A program made the position numbers and the translations under genes. From Obrimoposthia wandeli (lineage: Eukaryota), in contig CDROCS010000506.1 in NCBI GenBank assembly GCA_977020255.1, forward strand, positions 2,728,001 through 2,792,000: a stretch of DNA of 64,000 nucleotides, written 5' to 3'. The notes below the pieces were generated by a model, which was not told the origin of the DNA, did not search any database, and was given only the letters and a program-made list of their open reading frames with translations. Below are positions 49,925 to 62,399 of this stretch, piece after piece (position 1 is the first letter of the stretch; every line of letters starts with the position of its first letter).

Positions 49925-52516
49925 TTAGTTTGCAACAATGTTCAGTAATTTACCTGGTACGAAAATTACTTTACGTACTGTCTTACCGTCAGTGAACTTA
50001 GTTACGTTCTCATCTGCATTGGCTAATGCTTCAACAGATTCACGTGTTGCGTCAGCTGGTACTGTTAATTTAGCACGCAGTTTACCGTTCACTTGCACGA
50101 TGATTAGTTTTTCAGATTCAACCATCGCCGCTTTATCAGCAACAGGCCAAAGTGCTTCATCGATGTTGCCTTCTTGACCTAATTTGTTCCACAGTTCAAA
50201 ACAGATGTGTGGCGTGATAGGTGCAAGTAGACGAACAACAGCCACTAATGCTTCTTGAAGTAGAGCGCGATCTTGCTCTGATTCTTGAGGTGCTTTAGCT
50301 AGCTTGTTCATTAGTTCCATAACAGATGCGATTGCTGTATTGAACGTTTGACGACGTTCGATATCATCAGATACTTTCGCAATTGTTTTATGGATCTCAC
50401 GACGTAGTTCTTTTTGCTTGCCGTTAAGTGCTGCAACATCTAACGCTACAACTTCACCTTTACTGATGTGGCTGTAAGCTAGTGCCCAGATACGACGTAG
50501 GAAACGGTGTGCGCCTTCTACTGCCGAGTCTTGCCATTCTAGTGTTTGGTCAGCAGGTGCTGCAAACATCATGAATAGACGTACTGTATCAGCACCAAAA
50601 CGTTCGATCATTGTTTGTGGGTCAATACCGTTGTTTTTAGACTTAGACATTTTTGTCATGCCCGTATAAACAAGTTCATTGCCTTCATTGTCGATGTACT
50701 TAGTTGGTTGACCTTTTTCGTCACGCTCAACAGTTACATCTAATGGAGAAACCCAAACACGGCCGCCGTTTTCGTTAGTGTAGTAGTATGCATCAGCAAG
50801 TACCATACCTTGACAAAGTAGACGTTTGAACGGTTCGTTGCTATCAACCATTTGCTCATCACGTAGCAATTTATGGAAGAAACGAGCATATAATAAATGC
50901 ATACATGCGTGTTCAATACCACCAACATACTGATCTACTGGTAACCAATGATTTGCATCTTCGCGGTTAAGCATTTCAGTTTCTGATGTTGCGCTACAGT
51001 AACGAGCATAATACCAAGACGATTCCATGAAGGTATCGAAAGTATCTGTTTCACGTAGTGCAGGTTGACCGTTATATGTTGTTTTAGCCCACTCTAAATC
51101 TGCTTTAATAGGACTTTGAATGCCGTCCATTTTCACGTCTTCAGGTAAGATTACTGGAAGTTGGTCTGCAGGTGTTGGTACAACTGAACCGTCTTCAAGT
51201 GTCAACATTGGGATTGGAGCACCCCAATAACGTTGGCGAGAAACACCCCAGTCACGTAGACGGAAGTTAACTTTCTTAGTGCCTTGACCGTTTGCTTCTA
51301 ATTTAGCTGCGATTGCATCTACTGCTGCGCCAAACTCTAAACCGTCGAATTCGCCTGAATTAAACAATACACCTTTTTCAGTGAATGCTACTTCAGATAC
51401 GTCTAGCTCGCTACCATCGCTTGGTTTGATTACAGGTACGATATCGATGCCGTATTTTGTTGCGAATTCATAGTCACGTTGATCGTGAGCAGGAACCGCC
51501 ATAACAGCGCCAGTGCCGTAACCCATTAATACGAAGTTAGCTACGTATACAGGTACTTTACGACCATTTAATGGATGAATAGCGTATAGGCCAGTAGCCA
51601 TGCCTTTCTTTTCCATTTTTTCTAGATCAGCTTCAGCCACTTTCATGTTTTTACATTCAAGGTTGAATTCTGCTAGTGCTGGGTTTGTTAATGCTGCTTG
51701 CTCTGCAAGTGGGTGACCTGCTGCGATACCAACATACGTCACACCCATTACTGTGTCTGGGCGTGTTGTGTATACAGATAGCTTGCTTAGTTCATCTGAT
51801 TGACCTTCAACTGTGAAGTCCAGTTCGATGCCTTCGCTGCGACCGATCCAGTTACGTTGCATTGTTTTAACTTGCTCAGGCCAGCCGTCAAGATCATCAA
51901 TAGATGTCAGTAGCTCGTCTGCGTATTCAGTGATCTTAATGAACCACTGTGGAATTTCTTTTTGTTCTACAGGGGTATCACAACGCCAGCAGCAACCGTC
52001 ATTTACTTGTTCGTTAGCAAGTACAGTTTCATCGTTTGGACACCAGTTAACTGATGAAGTCTTCTTGTAAACTAAACCTTTGCTGTAAAGTTTAGTGAAG
52101 AACTCTTGTTCCCAACGGTAGTACTCTGGTGTACATGTTGCGATTTCACGGTTCCAGTCATAACCAAAGCCTAAAGACGTTAGCTGACCTTTCATGTAAT
52201 CGATGTTTTCATATGTCCAAGGCGCAGGTGCAGTGTTGTTCTTGATTGCTGCATTTTCAGCTGGTAGACCAAATGCATCCCAACCGATAGGTTGTAATAC
52301 GTTTTTGCCTTGCATACGTTGGAAACGTGCGATCACATCACCAATTGTATAGTTACGTACGTGGCCCATGTGCAGTCTACCACTTGGGTATGGGAACATA
52401 GACAAGCAGTAAAATTTTTCTTTAGTTTCGTCGTTATGTACTTCGAATGTTTTATTTTCTTGCCAGTGTTGTTGAACCTGAGGTTCGATACTGCTTGGAG
52501 TATATTGTTCTTGCAT
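49925..52516 (-). CDS. leuS: Leucine--tRNA ligase
   Basis: HMGH (HIGH), KMSKS and an editing domain. Confidence 0.98.
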   Translation of the reverse strand: MQEQYTPSSIEPQVQQHWQENKTFEVHNDETKEKFYCLSMFPYPSGRLHMGHVRNYTIGDVIARFQRMQGKNVLQPIGWDAFGLPAENAAIKNNTAPAPWTYENIDYMKGQLTSLGFGYDWNREIATCTPEYYRWEQEFFTKLYSKGLVYKKTSSVNWCPNDETVLANEQVNDGCCWRCDTPVEQKEIPQWFIKITEYADELLTSIDDLDGWPEQVKTMQRNWIGRSEGIELDFTVEGQSDELSKLSVYTTRPDTVMGVTYVGIAAGHPLAEQAALTNPALAEFNLECKNMKVAEADLEKMEKKGMATGLYAIHPLNGRKVPVYVANFVLMGYGTGAVMAVPAHDQRDYEFATKYGIDIVPVIKPSDGSELDVSEVAFTEKGVLFNSGEFDGLEFGAAVDAIAAKLEANGQGTKKVNFRLRDWGVSRQRYWGAPIPMLTLEDGSVVPTPADQLPVILPEDVKMDGIQSPIKADLEWAKTTYNGQPALRETDTFDTFMESSWYYARYCSATSETEMLNREDANHWLPVDQYVGGIEHACMHLLYARFFHKLLRDEQMVDSNEPFKRLLCQGMVLADAYYYTNENGGRVWVSPLDVTVERDEKGQPTKYIDNEGNELVYTGMTKMSKSKNNGIDPQTMIERFGADTVRLFMMFAAPADQTLEWQDSAVEGAHRFLRRIWALAYSHISKGEVVALDVAALNGKQKELRREIHKTIAKVSDDIERRQTFNTAIASVMELMNKLAKAPQESEQDRALLQEALVAVVRLLAPITPHICFELWNKLGQEGNIDEALWPVADKAAMVESEKLIIVQVNGKLRAKLTVPADATRESVEALANADENVTKFTDGKTVRKVIFVPGKLLNIVAN

Positions 52517-52846
52517 GGGTAATATCCAGTCTGTTCTTGGTAGGATTTAGAAACAAAATTTTGCCATAGAATACCTTAGCACAGAGAGGGCAACAAGTTT
52601 CATTTGCAGATAGCGATAAGATTTCCTGATGGATAATGCAGAACGGCGGCTTTTACAAGGGAACTATGTGATGCAGACCGCTTGTTGGCTGGGCATTTTG
52701 GCATATACTTAAGTTATAGTAATGGCTTTTTTATCATCGTTAAATCGTCACGGTTACAGAACAAAAAGATTTTTTCATCGTGAATTGAGATTACTTTTTT
52801 TTGATAAAACGGCAAGGTTTGTTATTAAATTAGTTTGGAGGTTTAT

Positions 52847-53353
52847 ATGGCTAAGCTCAATACTCAATATCGAAATACAGTACGGCACTTATCTGTACAT
52901 CCTCTGAGCTATAAAGGGAGGGAACAATTTATGGGTAATGATTTTACACAACGGTTTGTACTTAAAGCAGAAGCTTACTTAGGTGCCGCGGGAGACTTAA
53001 CCAAAAAAGAGTTAGCGGAAGCGTCAGCTTATATTCGCCATGATATGGGCGAGCTAAATAAAGATTATCAAACCAGCCTTGCAGACTTTAAATTATCAGC
53101 ATGGTATCAAGCATGGGATAAAGCTACTTGGGAGACGCTCGCATCGATAACGGATAAGACCCAAGTCGAGTGGACTGAGGTTGGGGAGGATTTAGAGCAC
53201 CAAGGACATTATAAATCCGGTGATGAAGTAGGCTTTGGTTTATTAATGTGTGTGCGCTGCGGTTATAAAAAAGAATTATTTCATCCTGCGGTGGTATTAC
53301 CTTGTGCAAATTGTGACGGTAAAGCATTTATGCGTGAAGGTTTTGAACCGTAA
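52847..53353 (+). CDS. ybeL: Zinc-ribbon protein YbeL / DUF1451
   Basis: W..L..ITDKTQVEW, Y.SG..VG.G, CVRC and CANC; divergent from leuS. Confidence 0.85.
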   Translation: MAKLNTQYRNTVRHLSVHPLSYKGREQFMGNDFTQRFVLKAEAYLGAAGDLTKKELAEASAYIRHDMGELNKDYQTSLADFKLSAWYQAWDKATWETLASITDKTQVEWTEVGEDLEHQGHYKSGDEVGFGLLMCVRCGYKKELFHPAVVLPCANCDGKAFMREGFEP

Positions 53354-53449
53354 TCCGTAACGATATATGTGATTATTTTAAGCGGTAATTAGATAAATGG
53401 TCAGCGTCATATCTGCTGACCATATCCTTGCTGACTGGTTATTGGAGAG

Positions 53450-53683
53450 TTAAAATGATTCGTCTATTCTGACACTCGGAAAACCGACTTGTTGTGCGGT
53501 GGCAGTGGCAATATCTAAGTTTCTATAACATTTCTCATGGCCACTAAAATCAGTAAGCGGAATAATATCGCCATTCTCAGATTTAAATTCTACTATCCAT
53601 CCATTCGCAACCAATGATGGTTCGACAATTGCTTCGACTAACTCATGTCTGTGATACATGCTTTTGATATCGGAAAGTTGCAT
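53450..53683 (-). CDS. Small conserved hypothetical protein
   Basis: 77 aa with a GAGG RBS. L.EA..EPS...GW.VEF and Y..LD.A...A..VGF..VR pattern recalled from Vibrio small proteins. Confidence 0.7.
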   Translation of the reverse strand: MQLSDIKSMYHRHELVEAIVEPSLVANGWIVEFKSENGDIIPLTDFSGHEKCYRNLDIATATAQQVGFPSVRIDESF

Positions 53684-53844
53684 GGTAATACCTCTCAGGA
53701 CAGAACGTTGGGAATTATAATCTTAGTGTAGTTGATGATGAAGTAAGTTCAAGAATATCGTTTCGTGCAATGCGGGAAAACACGTAAATAAGCCACATTA
53801 ATACGCATTCATTGAGTTACTGATTTGTGATGGCACACGATTAA

Positions 53845-55185
<1,341 letters not shown>

Positions 55186-55233
55186 GATCTTGCATATTTA
55201 GACATTTTGAGTATACTGCTGACCAGCAACAGG

Positions 55234-55272
55234 AACGGGCTCATCTAAAAGGTGCGCCCGTTTTTTATTTTT
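55234..55272 (+). terminator. Intrinsic terminator between the ligase and thiI
   Basis: aacgggc..gcccgtt stem followed by TTTTTTATTTTT. Confidence 0.75.
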
Positions 55273-55362
55273 GATTTAAGTTAATCGAATATATCAGCTA
55301 AACACCCAGCGCGATGAAATGCTGGGCCAACTGTTTGTTTGAACTATGATGTAGGCAAAACC

Positions 55363-56817
55363 ATGAAATTTATTGTAAAAATATTCCCAGAAGTAATGAT
55401 GAAAAGTAAATCCGTGCGTCAGCGTTTCAGTAAAATGCTGCAATCGAGTTTACGTAATATTTTACGTCGTGAAGACGAACATGCTCGCGTGATCCTAGAA
55501 TGGGATAAGATTGTTGTCCGTACTACCGACGACAGTGATAAAAACCGCGACTTCTATCGTGAAGTATTAAGAAATACTCCGGGTATTGCCCATTCATTAG
55601 AAGTACACGAATCTACTTTTACCGATCTGGATGATATTTTCCAACAAGCATTACCAGTTTATAAAGATTTGCTTGCAGGTAAAACATTCTGTGTACGTGC
55701 TAAGCGTAACGGTAAGCATGATTTTACTTCGATTGACGTAGAACGTTATGTTGGCGGTGGCTTAAATCAGCATACTGATGCAGCTGGTGTTAAATTAAGA
55801 AAACCACAAGAAACAATTAAAATCGAAGTTGAACACGAAAAGCTTTATTTAGTGACTGAACGCCACGAAGGCCTGGGTGGTTTCCCAATGGCTGGACAAG
55901 AAGATGTTCTATCATTAATGTCAGGCGGTTTTGACTCGGCAGTATCAAGCTACTTAACGATTAAACGTGGTAGTCGTACGCATTTCTGTTTCTTCAATCT
56001 TGGCGGTGATGCGCATGAAATTGGTGTGAAGCAAATTTCATATTACTTGTGGAACAAATACAGCTCATCACACAAAGTTAAATTTATTAGTGTGCCGTTC
56101 GATCCAGTTGTTGCAGAGATCTTAGAAAAAGTAGATAACTCGCAAATGGGTGTGGTACTGAAACGTATGATGATGCGCGCAGCGTCTAAAGTTGCAGAAC
56201 GTCTCGGTATCGAAGCGTTAGTAACGGGTGAAGCAGTAGGCCAAGTATCAAGCCAAACTATCCGTAACTTATCGTTAATCGATTCCGTTACTGATATGTT
56301 GATCTTACGCCCATTGATCGTGGCTGATAAGCAAGACATCATTGATACAGCACGTAAAATTGGTACGGCTGAATTCTCTGAAACAATTCCTGAATACTGT
56401 GGTGTTATCTCAAACAAGCCAACAGTTAAAGCAGTGAAAGAGAAGATTGAAGCGGAAGAAGCTAAATTCGACATGGCATTGATTGACCAAGTTGTTATGG
56501 ATGCTAAAGTTATCGATATTCGTCAAATCGCAACAGAAACACAAGAACAAGTAAGCGATGTTGAAGCTGTAACTGAAATCGCAGCAAACGAAGTGATCTT
56601 AGACATTCGTAGTATCGACGAAGTTGAAGATTCACCGCTTGATGTTGATGGACTTGAAGTGCAGCACATGCCTTTCTTCAAACTAGGCAATCAGTTCGCT
56701 GACTTAGATCAAGACAAGACTTACTTACTATACTGTGATCGTGGTGTGATGAGTAAGCTACAAGCGCTTTACTTGATTGAAAAAGGTTATGGTAACGTTA
56801 AAGTTTACCGTCCTTAA
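55363..56817 (+). CDS. thiI: tRNA 4-thiouridine synthase / thiamine biosynthesis sulfurtransferase
   Basis: THUMP domain, SGGFDS PP-loop, PEYCG, C-terminal rhodanese YCDRG. Confidence 0.97.
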   Translation: MKFIVKIFPEVMMKSKSVRQRFSKMLQSSLRNILRREDEHARVILEWDKIVVRTTDDSDKNRDFYREVLRNTPGIAHSLEVHESTFTDLDDIFQQALPVYKDLLAGKTFCVRAKRNGKHDFTSIDVERYVGGGLNQHTDAAGVKLRKPQETIKIEVEHEKLYLVTERHEGLGGFPMAGQEDVLSLMSGGFDSAVSSYLTIKRGSRTHFCFFNLGGDAHEIGVKQISYYLWNKYSSSHKVKFISVPFDPVVAEILEKVDNSQMGVVLKRMMMRAASKVAERLGIEALVTGEAVGQVSSQTIRNLSLIDSVTDMLILRPLIVADKQDIIDTARKIGTAEFSETIPEYCGVISNKPTVKAVKEKIEAEEAKFDMALIDQVVMDAKVIDIRQIATETQEQVSDVEAVTEIAANEVILDIRSIDEVEDSPLDVDGLEVQHMPFFKLGNQFADLDQDKTYLLYCDRGVMSKLQALYLIEKGYGNVKVYRP

Positions 56818-56866
56818 TAGTCATTGAAGTAACGTAGATACTTGGCGTTATCAGTAATGATTAATG

Positions 56867-56896
56867 AAAGCCAGCAAGTGATTGCTGGCTTTTTTT
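56867..56896. terminator. thiI / panE terminator
   Basis: aaagccagcaa..ttgctggc-T8. Confidence 0.85.
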
Positions 56897-56933
56897 GATC
56901 TTGGGCTTAACTAAACTGAACTAAAATATGCGC

Positions 56934-57833
56934 TTAAGCTGAAACCATTTCTTGTTGTTTAATTTGTGCGAACAAGGCTTGGTTGGTCGGTACTGGGATA
57001 CTGTAGGCATTGGCTACCTTCAGCACATAACCTGTAATAAAATCAATTTCGGTCTGACGATTAAAGTGACGATCTTGATGCATTGAAGAATAGTTTTCAG
57101 CTGTGCGTGCGATGACGTTATCAACTTGCGCTTGTAGTTCGACATAAGACCAAGGTAAGCGCGCTTTTTCACACACCAGTGCTAACTCTTGCACAATCTT
57201 AACGACTTGCGGGTATAACGCCGTATCTGCCAATTCACCGTTTTTGCATTGATGGATCGCGGTTAATGGGTTTATCGCACAGTTAATCACGAGCTTAAGC
57301 CAGAGTTTCTGACGAATATCATCACACCAGCTTAATTCTTCCAATGCGGATAACTGGGTCGCAATGTCTTTATAGCGTTTTGCTTGATTATTAAATGGCC
57401 CTAAATAAGTAACTCCAGCGCCGGTATGACGAATATGATCATCAGAGACTTTCAATACACCATTAGATGTGGTGCCGACCATTATCGCGTTACGTGGGAA
57501 TAACTTCTCAGTTTGTTCTGCCGTACCCATACCATTATGCAATAACACGATACAGCAATGCTTATCAATTTGTGACTGCAGCAAGGTCAGTGCAGGCAGG
57601 ACGTCTTGTGCTTTGAGGGTGACCAGTAAAAAATCACACTTAGGCGTGAGTTTGCCCTGTGCCATGACGGTATTACTGCTGTTTTCAGCCGCTAAGTTTT
57701 CAAAATTAAAACTGCGAATATGAGACTCACTCTCGGGGCGTAAAACAAATGCGGCATGTTGGCCTGACTTTAATAATTTTTCTGCAAAGAAGTGCCCGAT
57801 AGCGCCTGCGCCAAGAATGTTCCAATTAGCCAT
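56934..57833 (-). CDS. panE: 2-dehydropantoate 2-reductase
   Basis: GAGAIG, NGMG, W.KL.INCAINPLTA, SSM.QD, TEIDFI.G. Confidence 0.94.
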   Translation of the reverse strand: MANWNILGAGAIGHFFAEKLLKSGQHAAFVLRPESESHIRSFNFENLAAENSSNTVMAQGKLTPKCDFLLVTLKAQDVLPALTLLQSQIDKHCCIVLLHNGMGTAEQTEKLFPRNAIMVGTTSNGVLKVSDDHIRHTGAGVTYLGPFNNQAKRYKDIATQLSALEELSWCDDIRQKLWLKLVINCAINPLTAIHQCKNGELADTALYPQVVKIVQELALVCEKARLPWSYVELQAQVDNVIARTAENYSSMHQDRHFNRQTEIDFITGYVLKVANAYSIPVPTNQALFAQIKQQEMVSA

Positions 57834-58173
57834 GTATTTTTGCTCGTAATGGTTGAAGAATTAAGTAACTGGTTATACCGACTAAATCGGCGATTATATC
57901 CCAATGACTGGTAGTGCGTCCGGGTATCATACCTTGAATAAACTCAATGAAAATACCAAATCCCAGTAATGTCATAAACAGCGTGATAGTCCTATGCGGG
58001 AAACTATAATCAAACAACAAGGCTAATGTCGCAAAGGCGATGAAGTGATTCAGCTTGTCGTAGCTTAATTTGGGAATGTCAGTCGTAGGTTTACCAAAAG
58101 CAAGTATACAGATAGCGAGTATGACGATGACTAATAGTAATCGAAACCAGAATTTATGTTTTTTTAATGCCAT
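57826..58173 (-). CDS. VanZ-family membrane protein
   Basis: DKLNHFIAF, EFIQ..IPGR.....DI.AD..G. Confidence 0.88.
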   Translation of the reverse strand: MALKKHKFWFRLLLVIVILAICILAFGKPTTDIPKLSYDKLNHFIAFATLALLFDYSFPHRTITLFMTLLGFGIFIEFIQGMIPGRTTSHWDIIADLVGITSYLILQPLRAKIHG

Positions 58174-58334
58174 GCCAATCTCAACCAAAATGGAGCTTAA
58201 TATAATTATAGTCGTTTATTTATTGTATTAATCGTAACTTAATGCGATCGAGTAGCTTACTTGTGTAGTTAATGGTTGAACTACCGCTATCATCTATTAG
58301 ATAATCAGAACATTATAAATGATAGGACATGATG

Positions 58335-58817
58335 ATGCCGCAATTTGATATTATTTCTGAAGTTGACATGGTTGAAGTGAAAAACGCAACGGACAATGCA
58401 AACCGTGAATTAAGCACACGTTTTGATTTCCGTGGTGTTGAAGCAAGTTTTGAGCTGATTAAAGAAAAAGTAAAAATGCGTACTGATGAAGATATGCAAC
58501 TTCGCCAAATGGCTGATATTTTACGTAGTGCCTTAGTTAAGCGTAATATTGATTCATCTTCGATGAGCGTAGGTAAGACTGAATTTTCAGGTAAAACTTG
58601 CAGTGCAGACGTTGAATTTTTACAAGGTATCGAAGGCGCAGTTGCTAAGAAAGTTGTAAAATCAATTAAAGACAGCAAGATTAAAGTACAAGTATCTATT
58701 CAAGGCGACAAAGTGCGCGTTGTTGGTAAAAAGCGTGATGACTTACAAGCTGTTATGCAACACATCAGAGCTGCTGAACTAGGTCAACCGTTCCAGTTTG
58801 ACAACCAAAGAGACTAG
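58335..58817 (+). CDS. yajQ: YajQ nucleotide/c-di-GMP-binding protein
   Basis: [38 protein letters not shown]. Confidence 0.96.
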   Translation: MPQFDIISEVDMVEVKNATDNANRELSTRFDFRGVEASFELIKEKVKMRTDEDMQLRQMADILRSALVKRNIDSSSMSVGKTEFSGKTCSADVEFLQGIEGAVAKKVVKSIKDSKIKVQVSIQGDKVRVVGKKRDDLQAVMQHIRAAELGQPFQFDNQRD

Positions 58818-58897
58818 TACTAAAACTGAAGGCTTTATTTTAAATTGCTGAGTTGTAAGAGCATTAATTTAAAGTGCTTGAGTTTTACATAGTCATC

Positions 58898-58934
58898 AAA
58901 AGCCTAACGTGTTTATACGCGTTAGGCTTTTTTT
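58898..58934. terminator. yajQ / ampG terminator
   Basis: aaaagcctaacg..cgttaggc-T7. Confidence 0.8.
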
Positions 58935-58938
58935 ATGG

Positions 58939-60327
58939 TTATGATTCAATCCATTTAAAGCGATTGTTGATTTGCATATAAATCAGTACAACAATAAATA
59001 TGATTGGAATGATACCGATTACGGCAGTACCAATAAAGAAGGTTGAATAATCCCAAGCATCGACGGCAACGCCTGAAAAGCCCGCTATAAATTTAGGTAG
59101 CAATACCATAATGGATGAAAATAGCGCATATTGCGTTGCGGTAAACTGGGTATTGGTTAGTCGCGATAAAAATACGACAAATGCACAGGTTGCTATACCG
59201 GCACTGAGGTTGTCAGCACTGATCACTAAGGTTAATAATAACTGAGCAGGATCTTGTGTTTGTAACCATGTATCCGGTGCGATGAAAGCAAGTACGGTCA
59301 TTATTTGGGTAATCGCAGCACTTCCCGCCATCCAATGAAATAGCACGTTGGTCAAAGCTGACAATACACCACCGAGTAATAAGGTCGAGAGCAGACCTAA
59401 GCTACTGACAAGCAGTCCACCTAATCCAGCCCCAACGAGTGTCATTATCACACCAAATATTTTTGAGATTGCCGCGACTTCTGCTTTTGAGTAACCCATA
59501 TCGACATAAAAAGGATTCGCCATGATCCCCATGACAATATCACTGATACGATAGGTGATCACAATCGCTAATAATATCAGACAGGTTTTACCATAGCGTT
59601 GAAATAGATCGACGAGGGGTTTGACGATACCCGTGATAATAAAATCTTTAGGATTACGAACATGTACTATCTTGTGTACGATAGCTGGCTCTTTAGAGAG
59701 TAGGGTAGCAAAGACACCAAATAGCATAAACAGCGCCATACATGCATAAGCAAACTGCCACGCCGATGCGTTATAAATTGCGCTGTTATCATAGAATGCT
59801 GCAATCGCGAGTGATCCAGCGCCTGCGACAATCATTGCTAAGCGATAGCCTGTCATATAGGTTGCTGCCATCGCACCTTGTAAGCGTGTATCGGCACTTT
59901 CAATTCGGAAGGCATCGACAACCACATCTTGGGTCGCAGAGGCAATCGCTAAACCAAGTGAAGCGATAATAAATAAGGTAACGCTGTGTTGAGGATCTTG
60001 GGTCGCCATGACCATTAACATGGCGATGATCACGACTTGTGTGAATAAGAGCCAGCTTCTACGTCGACCTAATTTATTGTGTAGCCAAGGTAATCGAAAT
60101 TGATCGATTAAAGGTGACCAAGCCCATTTAAAGCTATAGGTAAGTGCTATCCAGCTAAAGAAACCAATACTGGCGCGATCGACACCTGCTTCACGTAACC
60201 AAAATGACAGGGTGGAAAATACCAGTAGGAGTGGTAATCCTGAGGAAAACCCAAATAATCCCATAAACAGTACACGGGGATTAAGGTAAATAGATAAGGT
60301 TTGAAGAAAAGTCGGCAATGTCAGCAA
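58939..60327 (-). CDS. ampG: Muropeptide permease AmpG (MFS)
   Basis: GFSSGLPL.L, K..WSPL.D, LGRRRSW, SATQDVVVDAFRIE, ATQYALFSS. Confidence 0.94.
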   Translation of the reverse strand: MLTLPTFLQTLSIYLNPRVLFMGLFGFSSGLPLLLVFSTLSFWLREAGVDRASIGFFSWIALTYSFKWAWSPLIDQFRLPWLHNKLGRRRSWLLFTQVVIIAMLMVMATQDPQHSVTLFIIASLGLAIASATQDVVVDAFRIESADTRLQGAMAATYMTGYRLAMIVAGAGSLAIAAFYDNSAIYNASAWQFAYACMALFMLFGVFATLLSKEPAIVHKIVHVRNPKDFIITGIVKPLVDLFQRYGKTCLILLAIVITYRISDIVMGIMANPFYVDMGYSKAEVAAISKIFGVIMTLVGAGLGGLLVSSLGLLSTLLLGGVLSALTNVLFHWMAGSAAITQIMTVLAFIAPDTWLQTQDPAQLLLTLVISADNLSAGIATCAFVVFLSRLTNTQFTATQYALFSSIMVLLPKFIAGFSGVAVDAWDYSTFFIGTAVIGIIPIIFIVVLIYMQINNRFKWIES

Positions 60328-60440
60328 TCCATCTAACGTAAGTGTTTGCTGATACTACCGTATTTTTATGAATTAAATAAGCCCGACGACATACTGGGCT
60401 TGGCTTAATCGATTTATTTATTTAAAACGCGCAGGCGAAA

Positions 60441-60782
60441 TTAGTCCAAGTATTCCGTTATAGGTCTAATACCAATACAGTTGTATGGTTTAACTCCTTG
60501 ACCTTGTAAGAATAAAGCACCAGTGTGTAATTTTTGGCGCAATATACGGTTGGCAAAAATCTGTTGGCTTGACCAACTTTTTAGCTCAAATAGCAAGAAC
60601 CAAAATACTTGTTCTTTACAACTATCTGTCGACTCATCAAAAATATCCAAGTCATCCCACTCTCTTAATGTTTCCCAAAGAAAATGGTTTAACTGGCTAT
60701 AACTGAGTTTTCTCATTAGAAAAAAGTCGAGATATTTAGCTAAAACATCAGATTTCTCGTCAATGAACTTTTTCGCTTCCAT
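60441..60782 (-). CDS. Hypothetical protein
   Basis: 113-aa ORF with a GAGGAG RBS; ends in C.GIRP; no recognised domain. Confidence 0.7.
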   Translation of the reverse strand: MEAKKFIDEKSDVLAKYLDFFLMRKLSYSQLNHFLWETLREWDDLDIFDESTDSCKEQVFWFLLFELKSWSSQQIFANRILRQKLHTGALFLQGQGVKPYNCIGIRPITEYLD

Positions 60783-60878
60783 GCAAATCTCCTCATTTGT
60801 TAGTCCTATTTCAATCCTAGACTAAAATATTCAACTGTCATTAATAAGCGCATTGTTAATGCATATTAATAAGAAAAG

Positions 60879-60894
60879 TGTGAATGATCTCAAA
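60879..60894. promoter_or_regulatory. Putative CRP site
   Basis: TGTGA-ATGATC-TCAAA, one mismatch to TGTGA-N6-TCACA, in the divergent intergenic region. Confidence 0.45.
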
Positions 60895-61090
60895 AATTGA
60901 ATACTCCTAAACTTAGCGTTAAATATGATTAATGTTTTGGCTATTAAATATAAACATTTAGCCGTTAAGTATAAGGACTGCAGTTACATGTTTGCAGGTT
61001 ATACTTTTGAAGTGGTTTGAGTATCTGCAACAAACATCTGATATAGTAGCTAAAATACGCTTATGTTTATAACTGAATGGAACTTATATT

Positions 61091-61669
61091 ATGCGAATGA
61101 ATCATTTCTTTACCAAATCACTGTTAGTTTTGAGCTCAATATTCATGCTTAATACAGCTTTTGCTGCAGAGACAAAAGCCCTAATAAAAACCAATTTAGG
61201 TGATATTACTGTTGAGTTATACGCAGATAAAGCGCCTGTATCTGTAGCCAATTTTATTAACTATGTTGAAAGTGATTTTTATAGCGGTATTATTTTCCAC
61301 CGTGTGATCCCTGGCTTTATGGCGCAAACAGGTGGCTTTAAAGCGAATATGGACAAGCAGACTTCAGGCAAGCCTGTTATTAATGAAGCGAGCAATGGAT
61401 TAAGTAATGAACGTGGCACATTAGCGCTAGCACGTACGAATAATCCTAACTCAGCAACGTCACAGTTTTTTATTAACTTGAAAGACAATAACTTCTTAAA
61501 CCGTTCTGGTTCACAACCTTCACAAGCGGGTTATGCAGTATTTGGCCGAGTAATACAAGGCATGGACGTGGTTGATAAAATGGCGAAGCAGCCAACTGGT
61601 AAGAAGCAGTATTACAGTGATGTACCACTGACTGATATCGTCATTGAAAGTGTGACGATGTTGAAATAG
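61091..61669 (+). CDS. ppiA: Periplasmic cyclophilin-type peptidyl-prolyl isomerase
   Basis: Signal peptide, FHRVIPGFMAQTGG, N.RGTLALART, SATSQFFIN, YAVFG.V. Confidence 0.92.
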   Translation: MRMNHFFTKSLLVLSSIFMLNTAFAAETKALIKTNLGDITVELYADKAPVSVANFINYVESDFYSGIIFHRVIPGFMAQTGGFKANMDKQTSGKPVINEASNGLSNERGTLALARTNNPNSATSQFFINLKDNNFLNRSGSQPSQAGYAVFGRVIQGMDVVDKMAKQPTGKKQYYSDVPLTDIVIESVTMLK

Positions 61670-61752
61670 TAAGGCTCTGAAATAAATAGGGCTCTGAAAT
61701 AATAAGGTATTGCTGAATAGTAGCGAGTCTAGGGTATTAGCATTACAAAAAT

Positions 61753-61801
61753 AAAAAAGCCTCGCTGGTGATCTTATATTAAGTCACCAGCGAGGCTTTT
61801 T
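61753..61801. terminator. Bidirectional terminator (ppiA / yajG)
   Basis: A6-gcctcgctggtga..tcaccagcgaggc-T5. Confidence 0.88.
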
Positions 61802-61837
61802 ACGTTTTCGTTACTTTTTATTATATTGAATGGTCAA

Positions 61838-62398
61838 CTAGCGTGCTAGATAGTCACGGATCTGTTGATCATTAAATACATCGTTCAGTAGTGATGACAA
61901 TTGTTGAGAAAACTTAGTTTCTAAATCGCTCATCGATGGACCAAAAGCACCCGTTAACGTTGACGCACTACGAAATTGTTTCGTCAGCGTTTGTTCTTTA
62001 TTCTTAATCGATACGATCAGCATTAGCGTTGATTCCGCTTGATGCTCGAAGCTATCTTGTTGAACATCGATTCTTGCCGTTTGCAGTTCAAGACTAATAG
62101 CGATATCAGCTTGTGGCGAAAAGACTAAACCTTGCTGTTCCCAACCCTGTTGCAGTTTCGCAGTCGTTAGGTTTATCAGTGAGCCTTTGTTATTCAATAG
62201 CTGCGCTGGTTCGCCGACTTTGTGCACGGCAATTAAGTAGTTCGCATCACGTATATCTTTGCTTGTTAGCGTCACCTGAGTGTCACTGTATTGCGTTGTT
62301 AACGGTGCTGTCTCAGCGGTAATGTTCACTTGCTGAGGCGCACTGGCGCAGGCCGTTAATAATATAAGGCTTGCACTTAATAGTAGCTTTTTCAGCAT
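61838..62398 (-). CDS. yajG: YajG-family lipoprotein
   Basis: Lipobox LTAC, D.R.....I motif; synteny with ampG and bolA. Start ATG 62398 directly after the rlmG stop. Confidence 0.85.
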   Translation of the reverse strand: MLKKLLLSASLILLTACASAPQQVNITAETAPLTTQYSDTQVTLTSKDIRDANYLIAVHKVGEPAQLLNNKGSLINLTTAKLQQGWEQQGLVFSPQADIAISLELQTARIDVQQDSFEHQAESTLMLIVSIKNKEQTLTKQFRSASTLTGAFGPSMSDLETKFSQQLSSLLNDVFNDQQIRDYLAR

Positions 62399-62399
62399 G

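Noticed and set aside
53450-53683. Thymidylate kinase label sometimes attached to similar small proteins
   Set aside because: 77 aa with no P-loop, so it cannot be a kinase
55186-55362. Frameshifted HhH/BRCT remainder of the ligase
   Set aside because: Only about 175 bp remain before thiI, and they hold promoter-like and terminator sequence with no ligase-like reading frame
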